From positions 11,285 to 75,284 of the forward strand of contig CACNQY010000002.1 in the NCBI GenBank assembly GCA_902622655.1: a stretch of 64,000 nt of DNA, given 5' to 3'. The position numbers and the translations under genes were made by a program. The DNA is from an uncultured Pelagibacteraceae bacterium (GTDB lineage: Bacteria > Pseudomonadota > Alphaproteobacteria > Pelagibacterales > Pelagibacteraceae). Positions 52,090 through 62,441 of this stretch are shown in pieces (within the stretch, counting starts at the first letter, position 1; each line of letters begins with the position of its first letter). The notes under the pieces were generated by a model that was not told the DNA's origin, searched no databases, and saw nothing but the letters and a program-made list of their open reading frames with translations.

Positions 52090-52498
52090 CGCGATCTTCT
52101 ATATCTTCAAATTCACCCTCAATAAAATCATTTTTTTGTTTTTTTTTGTTTTCAAATTTTTTAATAAATCTTTTTAATAATATTTTTCTGGTTAAAGGAA
52201 AAATAATCAAAAAACCCATTAAATCTGTACCAAAACCAGGTATGATTAGCATAATTGCACCCAATGCTATCACCGCGCCTGAAATCATTTCATAGGTTGG
52301 AGGCTGATTGTTACTTAATTGATCATAAGCAGATTTAAGAGTGTTTAGTCCTTCATATTTTGCATAATAAACACCGATTATTGCAGTAGTAAATATAAGA
52401 AAAATAGTTGAAATTGCTCCAATTTGTGAACCGATTTTTATGAATAAATAAATTTCAATAGTTGGAATTAAAATTATTAATAATAAAAATGAGCTCAT
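52079..52498 (-). CDS. fxsA: FxsA-family membrane protein
   Basis: PTIEIYLFIKIG, LIIPGFGTD and C-terminal IEGEF motifs. Confidence 0.9.
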   Translation of the reverse strand: MSSFLLLIILIPTIEIYLFIKIGSQIGAISTIFLIFTTAIIGVYYAKYEGLNTLKSAYDQLSNNQPPTYEMISGAVIALGAIMLIIPGFGTDLMGFLIIFPLTRKILLKRFIKKFENKKKQKNDFIEGEFEDIEDRDGK

Positions 52499-52521
52499 TT
52501 GTCCTCAATCTAAATTGCTGG

Positions 52522-52550
52522 TTGAAATTAATCAACATAGTAATTACTAT
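52522..52550 (+). promoter_or_regulatory. Putative sigma70 promoter, probably producing a leaderless Tim44 mRNA
   Basis: TTGAAA-N17-TACTAT, 6 nt before ATG 52557; no Shine-Dalgarno. Confidence 0.55.
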
Positions 52551-52556
52551 TAGTCC

Positions 52557-53156
52557 ATGAATTATAGTTTCGAATATATAGATATAATACTGCTAGCAAT
52601 GATAGCTGGTTTTATTTTCTTAAGATTAAGAGGAATACTTGGAAAAAGAACTGGATTTGAGGGAAAACCGCCCGCAGAGTTTGATGAAGTTCTTAAAAAA
52701 GTGCAGCAGGCTGAACAACCTAAAAAGGATATAGAGAAATTTGATGATAATGCAAAAAAAGAATTTTTAAAAGGTGCTAAAATTGCATACGAAACCATCA
52801 TCACAGATTTCAGTGATAATGATAATAAGATTACTACAAGTAAAACTTTATTAAATAATGAAATTTACAATCAATTTAATCAAGCGCTTAAAGAAAGAAG
52901 TTCAAGAGGACATTTTGCTGAAATAACATTTATAGGTATAAATTCAGCAACAATTAAAGAACACAAAAAAATTGATAAAATTTTAAATGTTACTGTAGAT
53001 TTTATTGCAGAGGTAATAACTTGTATCAGAGACAAAGATAAAAAAATTGTTTCAGGTGATCCAGAAAAAGTAAAAAAAATCTATGATACATGGGTATTTT
53101 CTCGAGACATAACCTCAGTAAATCCAAATTGGCAATTAGTTAACATTTTAACTTAA
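52557..53156 (+). CDS. Tim44/TimA-family protein
   Basis: N-terminal TM then LRLRGILGKRTG; FLKGAKIAYE; DTWVFSR..PNWQL. Confidence 0.9.
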   Translation: MNYSFEYIDIILLAMIAGFIFLRLRGILGKRTGFEGKPPAEFDEVLKKVQQAEQPKKDIEKFDDNAKKEFLKGAKIAYETIITDFSDNDNKITTSKTLLNNEIYNQFNQALKERSSRGHFAEITFIGINSATIKEHKKIDKILNVTVDFIAEVITCIRDKDKKIVSGDPEKVKKIYDTWVFSRDITSVNPNWQLVNILT

Positions 53157-53573
53157 TTGAGCAACGATATTTCACAAAAAGATAAAAAAGATTGGGAAAA
53201 ATTTATAAAAAGCAAAGAAAAAGTTACCAATAAAGATACTGGAGATTTAAGAGTTAGAGCAACAAAAACTAAAACAATAGATTTGCATGGTTATACATTA
53301 GAAGGCGCAAATAAAGTCATAAATCAGTTTATAACCAAAGCTTATGAAAATGGTGTAAGCAAATTAATTGTAGTAACTGGTAAAGGAATCCATTCTCAAA
53401 ATGAAAAAGATCCATATGTTTCGAAGGATTTGAGTATTTTAAAATATTCTGTTCCTGAATTCATAGAAAAAAATGATTATTTAATGAATATGATTAGAGA
53501 GATTACAGATGCAAAAATTGAAGATGGTGGTAGTGGTGCTTTTTATATTTTTCTCAAAAGAAAAAAATTATAA
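53157..53573 (+). CDS. Smr (small MutS-related) domain protein
   Basis: IDLHGYT, VVTGKG and DGGSGAFYI motifs; TTG start. Confidence 0.9.
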   Translation: MSNDISQKDKKDWEKFIKSKEKVTNKDTGDLRVRATKTKTIDLHGYTLEGANKVINQFITKAYENGVSKLIVVTGKGIHSQNEKDPYVSKDLSILKYSVPEFIEKNDYLMNMIREITDAKIEDGGSGAFYIFLKRKKL

Positions 53574-54941
53574 GATAAATTTAGATAGATCAGTGTCTTT
53601 TACTAAATTATCAAGATTTTTGTTTATATAGTCTTTGTTAATAATAATTTTTTCGCCAGCTCTATCAGTTGCTGTAAAACTAATTTCGTCAAGTATTTTT
53701 TCAATAATAGTATGCAATCTTCTTGCACCAATATTTTCAACTGTCGCATTTACTTCAGATGCAATATTTGCAATTGCATCAATACCATCATCTGAAAATT
53801 CTAAATCTACATTTTCTGTTTTTAAAAGAGCCACATATTGCTTAATTAAACTAAAATCAGGTTCTCTTAATATTCTTTTAAAATCATCACTAGTTAGCGC
53901 TTCTAGCTCAACTCTTATTGGTAACCTTCCTTGTAATTCTGGGAGCAAATCAGATGGTTTTGCTAATTGGAATGCTCCGGAAGCAATAAATAAAATGTGA
54001 TCTGTTTTTATTGGACCATGTTTTGTATTAACTGTTGTTCCTTCAATTAAAGGCAATAAATCTCTTTGAACACCTTCCCTTGAAACATCTCCTCCAACTC
54101 TATCAGTTCTCGCAGAAATCTTGTCAATTTCATCCAAAAAAACTATTCCATTATTTTCAGTTGAAAGTTTTGCTGCTTTAATAATTTTATCTTGTTCAAT
54201 TAATTTATCAGATTCGTCATTAATCAAAATTTCATGGGATTCTTTTACAGACATTTTTTTCTTTTTTTCCTTAGTTCCCATTGATTTTCCAATCATTTCA
54301 CCAATATTGATCATACCAACATTAGCTCCAGGCATTCCAGGTATTTCAAAAGAAGCTCCACCAGAACCAGTGTCGCTAACAGCTATTTCAATCTCATTAT
54401 CATCTAAATCACCATTTCTTAATCTTTTTCTAAAACTTTCTCTTGTTGCTAAACTGGCTTTTTTTCCAACTAAAGCATCTAAAACCTTTTCCTCTGCTGC
54501 TTTTTGAGCTTGTGCAAAAACTTCTTTTCTTCTCTTTACTTTTTCCATTGAGATCGCAATTTCAATTAAATCTCTTACTATCTGCTCAACATCTCTTCCA
54601 ACGTATCCAACTTCTGTAAATCTTGTAGCTTCAACTTTTACGAAAGGTGCTTCTGCTAATTTTGATAATCTTCTAGAGATTTCAGTTTTTCCAACACCTG
54701 TTGGCCCGATCATTAAAATATTTTTTGGTAAAACTTCGTTTTTCATTTCACCTTTAAGAGCCTGTCTTCTCCATCTATTTCTTAATGCAACAGCTACAGC
54801 TCTTTTAGCTTTATTTTGTCCAACTACAAATCTGTCCAATTCAGATACAATTTCTCTTGGAGATAATGAGCTTACTAAAGAAGCCTCTTCTTTTTGATTT
54901 TTATCTTTTGGGTGTAACTTAGTTACGTTTGAATTATCCAT
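53568..54941 (-). CDS. hslU: ATP-dependent protease ATPase subunit HslU
   Basis: [23 protein letters not shown] and GVQRDLLP motifs. Confidence 0.98.
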   Translation of the reverse strand: MDNSNVTKLHPKDKNQKEEASLVSSLSPREIVSELDRFVVGQNKAKRAVAVALRNRWRRQALKGEMKNEVLPKNILMIGPTGVGKTEISRRLSKLAEAPFVKVEATRFTEVGYVGRDVEQIVRDLIEIAISMEKVKRRKEVFAQAQKAAEEKVLDALVGKKASLATRESFRKRLRNGDLDDNEIEIAVSDTGSGGASFEIPGMPGANVGMINIGEMIGKSMGTKEKKKKMSVKESHEILINDESDKLIEQDKIIKAAKLSTENNGIVFLDEIDKISARTDRVGGDVSREGVQRDLLPLIEGTTVNTKHGPIKTDHILFIASGAFQLAKPSDLLPELQGRLPIRVELEALTSDDFKRILREPDFSLIKQYVALLKTENVDLEFSDDGIDAIANIASEVNATVENIGARRLHTIIEKILDEISFTATDRAGEKIIINKDYINKNLDNLVKDTDLSKFIL

Positions 54942-55456
54942 TATATTTTTTCAATTTTAACATTGTCGTTTGTAAAAACGCATATATCAGCAGCAACTTT
55001 AATTGCTTTTTTTGCCACTTCTTCTGCAGACATGCTACCTTCCATTAAAACTTTTCCTGCAGCAAGTGCATAATTACCACCTGAGCCAATTCCAATTACA
55101 TCTCCCTCTGGCTCTAAAACGTCACCAGTTCCAGAAATAATATAACTGTTACTTTTATCTCCAACAGCCATTAATGCTTCTAATCTTCTTAAATATTTGT
55201 CTGTACGCCAATCTTTTGCCAACTCAACAGCAGCTCTAGATAGATTTCCTGCATGTTTTTCTAACTTGCCTTCTAATCTTTCAAACAAAGTTAATGCATC
55301 TGCAGTTGATCCTGCAAAACCTGCAACAACATCTCTTTTTTCAATTTTTCTTACCTTTGATGCTGTGCTTTTAACAACAGTATTTCCCATACTTACTTGT
55401 CCATCACCAGCTACTACTACTTCGTTGTTTTTTCTTACTAGTACAATTGTTGTCAT
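54941..55456 (-). CDS. hslV: ATP-dependent protease peptidase subunit HslV
   Basis: N-terminal [19 protein letters not shown] and GSGG motifs. Confidence 0.98.
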   Translation of the reverse strand: MTTIVLVRKNNEVVVAGDGQVSMGNTVVKSTASKVRKIEKRDVVAGFAGSTADALTLFERLEGKLEKHAGNLSRAAVELAKDWRTDKYLRRLEALMAVGDKSNSYIISGTGDVLEPEGDVIGIGSGGNYALAAGKVLMEGSMSAEEVAKKAIKVAADICVFTNDNVKIEKI

Positions 55457-55462
55457 ACTTGA

Positions 55463-55491
55463 TAAATGGTAACTATTTTTGATACTTCAAG
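55463..55491 (-). promoter_or_regulatory. Putative RpoH promoter of hslVU
   Basis: Minus strand CTTGAA-N16-CCATTTA, 6 nt before the hslV ATG. Confidence 0.7.
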
Positions 55492-55545
55492 TGTTCATAC
55501 TGATATTGATATAGTGGGATTATGTATGTATACCATTAAAAATAT

Positions 55546-56136
55546 ATGGCTAGAAAAGGAAAAGTATCTCGAAAAACAAAAGAAACTAATATCAATGTGG
55601 AGTTAAATATTGATGGTAAGGGTAAGTATCAAATTGACACTGGTATAGGTTTCCTAGATCACATGCTAGAGCAATTATCAAAGCATTCTTTAATTGACCT
55701 AAAAGTAAAAGCTAAAGGAGATACACATATTGATCTTCATCACACAACAGAAGACACTGGTATTGCGATAGGAGAGGCTTTAAAGAAAGCTGCTAAAAAA
55801 TTTATTGGCATCAAACGTTATGCTCACAGAATTATTCCAATGGATGAAACGTTAACTAGAGTTGCAATCGATGTCTCAAATAGACCTTATTTAATTTGGA
55901 ATGTAAAATTAAAAGTTGAGAAACTTGGAGAGATGGATACCGAATTATTTAAAGAATGGTTCCAAGCCTTTTCACAATCTGCTGGTATTACACTACATGT
56001 TGAAAATATTTATGGTGATAATAGTCACCATATTATTGAATCTTGCTACAAAGGTTTAGCAAGATCCTTAAGAGATGCATTAGAGATGGACCCAAGAAGC
56101 AAGAAGAGTATTCCATCTACTAAGGGCTCATTATAA
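55546..56136 (+). CDS. hisB: Imidazoleglycerol-phosphate dehydratase
   Basis: [14 protein letters not shown] and NSHHIIES motifs. Confidence 0.97.
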   Translation: MARKGKVSRKTKETNINVELNIDGKGKYQIDTGIGFLDHMLEQLSKHSLIDLKVKAKGDTHIDLHHTTEDTGIAIGEALKKAAKKFIGIKRYAHRIIPMDETLTRVAIDVSNRPYLIWNVKLKVEKLGEMDTELFKEWFQAFSQSAGITLHVENIYGDNSHHIIESCYKGLARSLRDALEMDPRSKKSIPSTKGSL

Positions 56137-56141
56137 GTTTA

Positions 56142-56768
56142 ATGAAAATCACAATTGTTGATTATAATTCGGGCAATACAAGCTCGGTCATAAATTCTTT
56201 TAAAGAAGTTGCTAAAGATAAAGTAAATATTGAGGTAACCTCAGATTTAAGTAAAATTAAATCTTCTGACAAAGTTGTTTTACCAGGGCAGGGTTCGTTT
56301 AAGAGTTGTGTTGATGCCCTTAACAATATTAGTGGTTTAATTGACACATTAAGTGAATTTGTAATAAATAATAAAAAACCACTACTTGGAATTTGTGTTG
56401 GGCTTCAAATGTTTGCTGATATTGGTTATGAAGAAACTGAAACCAAAGGTTTAGGCTGGATATCAGGAAAAGTTTCAAAAATAGATAACCAAAATGGAAA
56501 ATATAAACTTCCTCATATTGGGTGGAACCAGATAAATATTGTAAAGGATAGTAAACTTTTTAAAGATATTGAAAATAACTCACATATGTATTTTGTGCAC
56601 AGTTACGAATTTATACCTGATGATAAAAATATAATTTCAGCAACAACAGATTATTCATCAAATATTGTTTGTTCTGTTGAAAAAGAAAATATCTTTGGAA
56701 CCCAATTTCACCCAGAGAAGAGTGATAAAATTGGACTTAAAATAATTGATAATTTTATAAATATATAA
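56142..56768 (+). CDS. hisH: Imidazole glycerol phosphate synthase, glutaminase subunit
   Basis: LPGQG, GICVGLQ, PHIGWN, YFVHSY and QFHPEKS motifs. Confidence 0.97.
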   Translation: MKITIVDYNSGNTSSVINSFKEVAKDKVNIEVTSDLSKIKSSDKVVLPGQGSFKSCVDALNNISGLIDTLSEFVINNKKPLLGICVGLQMFADIGYEETETKGLGWISGKVSKIDNQNGKYKLPHIGWNQINIVKDSKLFKDIENNSHMYFVHSYEFIPDDKNIISATTDYSSNIVCSVEKENIFGTQFHPEKSDKIGLKIIDNFINI

Positions 56769-57494
56769 ATGAAAATATTTCCTGCAATAGACATTAAAGA
56801 TAAGAAGTGTGTGAGGTTAGTTAAAGGGGACTTCGATAAAAAAACTGAATATGAAATATCCCCAGTTGAACAAGCAGGTAAATACATAGATCATGGTTTT
56901 AAAAATTTACACATAGTTGATTTAGACGGAGCTTTAACTGGTGAAACAGTTAATTTAGGTATTATTCAAGAAATAATAAAAAAATTTAATTTTAAAATTG
57001 AAATCGGTGGAGGTATCAGAAATTTCGAGAGTATTCAGAAATATGTTGATGCTGGTGTTGAAAAAGTTATTTTGGGAAGTGCTGCTATTAAAGATAAAAA
57101 CTTTTTAAAAGAAGCATGTGAAAAATTTCCAAATAAAATTGCTCTAGGTTTGGATGCTAAAGATGGATATTTATCGGTTTCAGGTTGGAAGGAAAATTCT
57201 AATCAATTGACTTTAGATTATCTGAAAGAAGTTAATGATTATGGTGCAAGTAGACTCATTTATACTGACATTAATAGAGATGGAATGAAGCAAAGTCCTA
57301 ATTTTGAAGAGACAGCAAAGGTTGCTAATACATCCAATTGTCCAGTAATTATATCGGGTGGAGTTTCATCAATGGATGATATTAAAAAGGCCAAGGAATT
57401 AAGTAATAAAAACATTGAAGGTATCATAGTTGGAAAAGCTATATACGATGGTGATATTCAATTAGATGAATTGGTGAAGGAATTAGATGCTTAA
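56769..57494 (+). CDS. hisA: ProFAR isomerase
   Basis: [19 protein letters not shown] and TDINRDG motifs. Confidence 0.97.
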   Translation: MKIFPAIDIKDKKCVRLVKGDFDKKTEYEISPVEQAGKYIDHGFKNLHIVDLDGALTGETVNLGIIQEIIKKFNFKIEIGGGIRNFESIQKYVDAGVEKVILGSAAIKDKNFLKEACEKFPNKIALGLDAKDGYLSVSGWKENSNQLTLDYLKEVNDYGASRLIYTDINRDGMKQSPNFEETAKVANTSNCPVIISGGVSSMDDIKKAKELSNKNIEGIIVGKAIYDGDIQLDELVKELDA

Positions 57495-58239
57495 AAATAG
57501 AATAATCCCCTGTTTAGACGTTAAAAATGGCCGTGTAGTTAAAGGTATTAACTTTGTCGATTTAAAAGATGCAGGTGATCCAGTTGAACAAGCAAAAATT
57601 TACTCTGATAGTGGTGCTGATGAGATTTGTTTTTTAGACATTACTGCATCAAATGAAAATAGAGATACTATTTATGATGTAGTGGAGAAAACTTCTAAAA
57701 ATTGTTTTGTTCCTTTAACCGTTGGTGGAGGAGTTAGAAGTGTCGAGGATATTAATAAATTACTAAATTGTGGTGCAGATAAAGTATCTATAAATACAGC
57801 TGCGGTTCAAAACTCTAAAGTTGTTGAAGAAAGTTCTAAAAAATTTGGTTCACAATGTATTGTTGTTGCAATTGATGCAAAAAAAAATAGAGAAAGTTGG
57901 GAAATATTTACTCATGGAGGAAGAAACTCAACTGGAATTAATGCTATTGAATTTGCAAATAAAATGGAAAAATGTGGAGCAGGAGAACTACTTGTAACCT
58001 CAATGGATAAAGATGGAACTCAATCAGGATACGATATTGAATTAATGACAACAATATCATCAAATGTAAATATTCCAGTAATTGCATCTGGTGGTGTTGG
58101 AACTTTGGATCACTTGGCTGAAGGTATTAAATCTGGTGCGAGTGCAGTTTTAGCAGCATCAATTTTTCATTATGGTACTTATTCTATTGCAGAAGTTAAA
58201 CAGTATTTGGCTTCAATAGATATACCTGTTAGAATCTAA
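57487..58239 (+). CDS. hisF: Imidazole glycerol phosphate synthase, cyclase subunit
   Basis: [21 protein letters not shown] and TSMDKDGT motifs. Confidence 0.97.
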   Translation: MLKNRIIPCLDVKNGRVVKGINFVDLKDAGDPVEQAKIYSDSGADEICFLDITASNENRDTIYDVVEKTSKNCFVPLTVGGGVRSVEDINKLLNCGADKVSINTAAVQNSKVVEESSKKFGSQCIVVAIDAKKNRESWEIFTHGGRNSTGINAIEFANKMEKCGAGELLVTSMDKDGTQSGYDIELMTTISSNVNIPVIASGGVGTLDHLAEGIKSGASAVLAASIFHYGTYSIAEVKQYLASIDIPVRI

Positions 58240-58240
58240 C

Positions 58241-58513
58241 ATGCTTAAAATTTTAGAAGATCTAATTTTGCTTGCAAGAGAAAGAAAAAATAATCCTGTT
58301 GAAGACTCTTACACAAATAAACTCTTAAAAGATAAGAATTTAGCCAAGGAAAAGGTGCTTGAGGAAGTAAACGAGTTAATAGAGGCTGTTGAAGAAAACT
58401 CAAATAAGATACATGAAGCTGCTGATGTTCTTTATCACCTCATTATGTACCTTGAGGCTAATGATATAAAAATCGAGGAAATTATGGAAGAATTGACTTC
58501 CAGAAGAAAATAA
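58241..58513 (+). CDS. hisE: Phosphoribosyl-ATP pyrophosphatase
   Basis: SYT, KVLEEVNE and EAADVLYH motifs. Confidence 0.93.
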   Translation: MLKILEDLILLARERKNNPVEDSYTNKLLKDKNLAKEKVLEEVNELIEAVEENSNKIHEAADVLYHLIMYLEANDIKIEEIMEELTSRRK

Positions 58514-58522
58514 TACTTAAAC

Positions 58523-58551
58523 AAAATACTTATAAATTCTATAAGTATTTT
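58523..58551. repeat. Perfect AT-rich inverted repeat between hisE and mcl (terminator or operator)
   Basis: AAAATACTTATA-AATTC-TATAAGTATTTT: 12-bp arms, 5-nt loop. Confidence 0.55.
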
Positions 58552-58582
58552 TCCTTTAAAGAAAAGATATACTTTTTATGAA

Positions 58583-59521
58583 ATGAGCCACAAATTCTAT
58601 AAACCAGCACGATCAAGATTACAAAGAAGCGAATTAGCAGTCCCAGGCTCTTCTCCACAAATGTTTGAAAAAGCTTTAAATTCCTCATCAGATTACATTT
58701 TTTTAGATTTAGAAGATGCAGTTTCTCCTAATGATAAAATCACAGCAAGAGCAAATGTTATTAAAGCTTTAAAAGAAATGAAATGGAGAGAAAAAGGCAA
58801 AACAATTTCAGTAAGAATAAACAGTCTTGATACACATTATATGTATAGTGATCTAGTTGAGATTGTTGAGCAGGCCGGCGAAAATGTAGATACAATTTTA
58901 GTTCCTAAAGCTGGAACAGCAAGTGATGTTTATATGGTTGATTGTTTGTTGACACAAATTGAAACAAATAAAAAATTTAAAAATAAAATCGGAATTGAGT
59001 GTTTAATTGAAACTGCATTAGGTATGTCTAATATTAAAGAAATTGCAAAATCAAGTGAGAGGTTAGAGGCATTACATTTCGGTGTAGCAGATTACGCAGC
59101 AAGTTTAAGAGCTAGAACCGTCGTGATAGGTGGTTTAAATCCAGACTATCCTGGTGATCAGTGGCACCATGGGTTATCCCAGCTCGTTATGACTTGCAGA
59201 GCTTATGGTTTAAGAGCAATAGATGGGCCATTTGGAGATTTTAATGATCCTGATGCTTATATCGCTGCAGCAAAAAGAGGAGCAGCAATTGGTATAGAGG
59301 GTAAGTGGGCAATACATCCTTCACAAATAGAACTTGCTAACAAAGTTTTTTCCCCACCAGATACAGAAGTGAATAAAGCCAAAAGAATTTTAGAAGAATT
59401 AGATAAAGCTGCTAAAGAAGGAAAAGGCGCTGCACAACTTGATGGAAGAATGATTGATGCAGCATCAGCCAGAATGGCAGAAAATATTGTAAATATAGAT
59501 AAATTAATCAATAATAAATAA
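58583..59521 (+). CDS. mcl: Malyl-CoA lyase (CitE/HpcH superfamily)
   Basis: RSELAVPGS, FLDLEDAVSP, LHFGVADYAAS, IDGPFGDF and EGKWAIHPSQI motifs resemble Mcl; upstream of mtkAB. Confidence 0.82.
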   Translation: MSHKFYKPARSRLQRSELAVPGSSPQMFEKALNSSSDYIFLDLEDAVSPNDKITARANVIKALKEMKWREKGKTISVRINSLDTHYMYSDLVEIVEQAGENVDTILVPKAGTASDVYMVDCLLTQIETNKKFKNKIGIECLIETALGMSNIKEIAKSSERLEALHFGVADYAASLRARTVVIGGLNPDYPGDQWHHGLSQLVMTCRAYGLRAIDGPFGDFNDPDAYIAAAKRGAAIGIEGKWAIHPSQIELANKVFSPPDTEVNKAKRILEELDKAAKEGKGAAQLDGRMIDAASARMAENIVNIDKLINNK

Positions 59522-59523
59522 AT

Positions 59524-60684
59524 ATGGATATTCACGAGTATCAAGCAAAAGAAATTTTACAAAGCTTTGGAGTTACCATACCAAGAGGTGGTATCGTTTA
59601 CAGTCCTGAGACTGCAGAAAATAAAGCTAGAGAAATTGGTGGTTCCAAGTGGGTTGTAAAAGCACAAATACATTCTGGTGCAAGAGGCAAGGCCGGTGGA
59701 GTAATTGTTTGTAACTCTCCCCTAGAAGTTGCTCAAGCAACAGATAAACTTTTAGGCAAAAAATTAGTTACTAATCAAACAGGTCCTGAAGGAAAAATTG
59801 TCAATAGGATTTATATTGAAGAAGCAACAGATATAGAAAAAGAATTATATCTAGGATTAGTTTTTGATAGAGCATCAGAAAGTATAATGGTTGTAGCATC
59901 AACTGAGGGAGGAATGAGTGTTGAAGAAATTGCTAAAGAAAAACCAGATTCTATTATTCGATCTAAAATTGAAGTTGCAGTTGGTATACAAGGTTTTCAA
60001 GCTAGAGAATTGGCATTTGGATTAGGAATTGAACCAGAATTAATTAGAAGAGCTTCAGAAACCATTATGGGATGTGCTAAAGCTTTTAGCGAGTTAGATG
60101 CTACCATGGTTGAAGTAAACCCATTGGTAATTTCAAAACAAAAACAAATATTAGCATTAGACTGTAAAATGAGCTTTGACAATAATGCAATGTTTAGAAG
60201 GGATAAAGTTTCTGAATTAAGAGACAAAACCCAAGAAGATGAGAAAGAAGTTTATGCATCTGATAGAGGACTTAATTATGTAAGTCTAGATGGCAATATT
60301 GGAAATATCATTAATGGTGCTGGATTAGCAATGGCTTCCATGGATATGATTAAATTAGCAGGGGGAGAGCCAGCTAACTTTCTTGACGTAGGAGGAGGAG
60401 CAACACCTGAAAAAATTGTGAAAGCTTTTAAGCTTATTACGATGGATAAAAAAGTTAAAGTTATCTTAGTCAATATTTTTGCTGGAATAAATAGGTGTGA
60501 TTGGGTTGCTCAAGGAATAGTTCAAGCATTAGAAAAAATAGAAATTAAAGTTCCGTTGGTAATAAGATTAGCCGGTACAAATGTAGAAAAAGGAAACAAA
60601 ATTCTTCGTGAAAGCAGATTAAATTATATAGAGGCAAACACTTTAGAGGATGCAGCAAATAAAGCAGTAGCAGCATTAAAATAA
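59524..60684 (+). CDS. mtkA: Malate thiokinase (malate-CoA ligase) beta subunit, SucC paralog
   Basis: MDIHEYQAK, KAQIHSGARGKAGG and NIFAGINRCDWVA; SucC usually has GGRGKAGG and GGI(M/V)RCD. Confidence 0.8.
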   Translation: MDIHEYQAKEILQSFGVTIPRGGIVYSPETAENKAREIGGSKWVVKAQIHSGARGKAGGVIVCNSPLEVAQATDKLLGKKLVTNQTGPEGKIVNRIYIEEATDIEKELYLGLVFDRASESIMVVASTEGGMSVEEIAKEKPDSIIRSKIEVAVGIQGFQARELAFGLGIEPELIRRASETIMGCAKAFSELDATMVEVNPLVISKQKQILALDCKMSFDNNAMFRRDKVSELRDKTQEDEKEVYASDRGLNYVSLDGNIGNIINGAGLAMASMDMIKLAGGEPANFLDVGGGATPEKIVKAFKLITMDKKVKVILVNIFAGINRCDWVAQGIVQALEKIEIKVPLVIRLAGTNVEKGNKILRESRLNYIEANTLEDAANKAVAALK

Positions 60685-60687
60685 AAT

Positions 60688-61575
60688 ATGGCAGTTATAA
60701 TTGAAAAAAATACTAAAATTATAATACAAGGCTTCACAGGAAAGATGGGAACTTTTCACTCAGAGGAGATGATAAAATATGGATCAAATGTTGTTGGTGG
60801 CGTTACGCCTGGAAAAGGTGGACAAAAACATTTAGATAGGCCTGTATTCAATACAGTTAAAGAAGCCGTTAAACATACAGGAGCAACTGCATCAATACTA
60901 TTTGTACCACCAGCTTTTGCTGCCGACTCTGCAATGGAGGCAGCAGATGCGGGTATAAAAACTTGTGTAGCTATCGTAGATGGTATCCCTTCTCATGATA
61001 TGATCAGAATTAAAAGATATATGAGAAGATATTCCAGAAATGAAAAAATGACTTTAGTTGGACCAAATTGCGCTGGTATTATAAGTCCTGGAAAATCAAT
61101 GTTAGGAATTATGCCAGGCCACATTTATAAAGAAGGGAGGGTTGGGATTATAAGCAGGTCTGGAACTCTTGGATATGAAGCTGCAGAACAAATGAAAAAT
61201 TTAGGTATTGGAATTTCTACAAGTGTTGGAATAGGCGGAGACCCTATTAACGGAAGCTCGTTTAGAGATATAATTGAAAAATTTGAAACCGATGAAGAGA
61301 CAGATGCAATTCTAATGATTGGTGAAATTGGAGGTCCTCAAGAGGTAGCCGCAGGGGAATTTGCAAAAGAAAATATGAAAAAACCAGTAATAGGATATAT
61401 AGCTGGACTTACAGCTCCAAAGGGAAGAGTAATGGGTCATGCTGGAGCAATTGTTTCAGCTTATGGAGAAAGTGCTATCGAAAAAGTTGAAATATTAAAG
61501 GAATGCGGTGTTATTATTTCAAAAAATCCATCTGTTATGGGCGACACAGTTAAATCTGTTCTTGAAAAAATGTAA
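60688..61575 (+). CDS. mtkB: Malate thiokinase alpha subunit, SucD paralog
   Basis: GTFHSEEMIKYGSNVVGGVTPGKGG, GPNCAGII, SRSGTLGYEAA and phospho-His MGHAGA motifs. Confidence 0.8.
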   Translation: MAVIIEKNTKIIIQGFTGKMGTFHSEEMIKYGSNVVGGVTPGKGGQKHLDRPVFNTVKEAVKHTGATASILFVPPAFAADSAMEAADAGIKTCVAIVDGIPSHDMIRIKRYMRRYSRNEKMTLVGPNCAGIISPGKSMLGIMPGHIYKEGRVGIISRSGTLGYEAAEQMKNLGIGISTSVGIGGDPINGSSFRDIIEKFETDEETDAILMIGEIGGPQEVAAGEFAKENMKKPVIGYIAGLTAPKGRVMGHAGAIVSAYGESAIEKVEILKECGVIISKNPSVMGDTVKSVLEKM

Positions 61576-61941
61576 ATGAAATATAATGAGCAAAATATTT
61601 TTGCAAAAATTTTGAGGGGAGAAATACCTTGTAATAAAGTTTATGAAGATGAATTCGTTTTGTCGTTCCACGATATAAATCCTCAAAAAAAAATTCATGT
61701 CTTAGTAATCCCAAAAGGTAAATATATTGATTTAGATGACTTTAGTGTAAACGCTTCACAAGATGAGATGGTCGGTCTACTGAAAGGGATAAACATTGTT
61801 GCTAAAAAGCTTGGTATTTCTTCAGAAGTAGGCAGTGGATATAGAGCTTTAGCCAACATTAGTGATCATGGCGGACAGGAGGTTCCTCATTTACATTTTC
61901 ATTTATTTGGAGGAGAACGCGTAGGAAAAATGGTTGAGTGA
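61576..61941 (+). CDS. HIT-family nucleotide hydrolase (HinT-like)
   Basis: NIFAKILRGEIP and GQEVPHLHFH histidine triad. Confidence 0.93.
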   Translation: MKYNEQNIFAKILRGEIPCNKVYEDEFVLSFHDINPQKKIHVLVIPKGKYIDLDDFSVNASQDEMVGLLKGINIVAKKLGISSEVGSGYRALANISDHGGQEVPHLHFHLFGGERVGKMVE

Positions 61942-62441
61942 GTAAGCAAGTTAGAAGAAATTATCTAGAAATAAAATCACTTAAAGATCTTAAGGAAGTA
62001 AATAAACCATCCAATGACTATTTTTTAAAATTGGTAGATCCAATTAACTTTCAACTAAATAAATTTTTTTATAAAAATATTGGTAAAAATCATAATTGGG
62101 TGGATAGATTAATCTGGTCAGAGGAAAAATGGATTAATTATGTTTCATCTAAAAAAGTTAGAACATATATTCTTAAAAATAAAGATGATTTAGTAGGTTT
62201 CTTTGAATTAATGTTGCACTTAGAAAATTATGAAATTGAAATAGCATATTTTGGAATATTAAAAGAATATCAAAATAAAAAATTAGGATCTTATTTATTG
62301 TCAGAAGCAATTAAAAAATGTTTTGAAAATAACATTAAACGTGTTTGGCTTCACACATGTACTTTAGATCATAAAAATGCATTAGGTAATTATTTGTCAA
62401 GAGGAATGAAAATATTTAAAACTGAAACTCTAATTATCTAA
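61938..62441 (+). CDS. GNAT-family acetyltransferase
   Basis: IAYFG...YQNKKLG and RVWLHTCTLDH..ALGNY..RG motifs. Confidence 0.88.
   Translation: MSKQVRRNYLEIKSLKDLKEVNKPSNDYFLKLVDPINFQLNKFFYKNIGKNHNWVDRLIWSEEKWINYVSSKKVRTYILKNKDDLVGFFELMLHLENYEIEIAYFGILKEYQNKKLGSYLLSEAIKKCFENNIKRVWLHTCTLDHKNALGNYLSRGMKIFKTETLII

Noticed and set aside
59524-61575. Calling these genes ordinary sucC/sucD
   Set aside because: Motifs (GARGKAGG, AGINRCDWVA, GPNCAG) and linkage to mcl fit malate thiokinase better; a phylogeny is still needed
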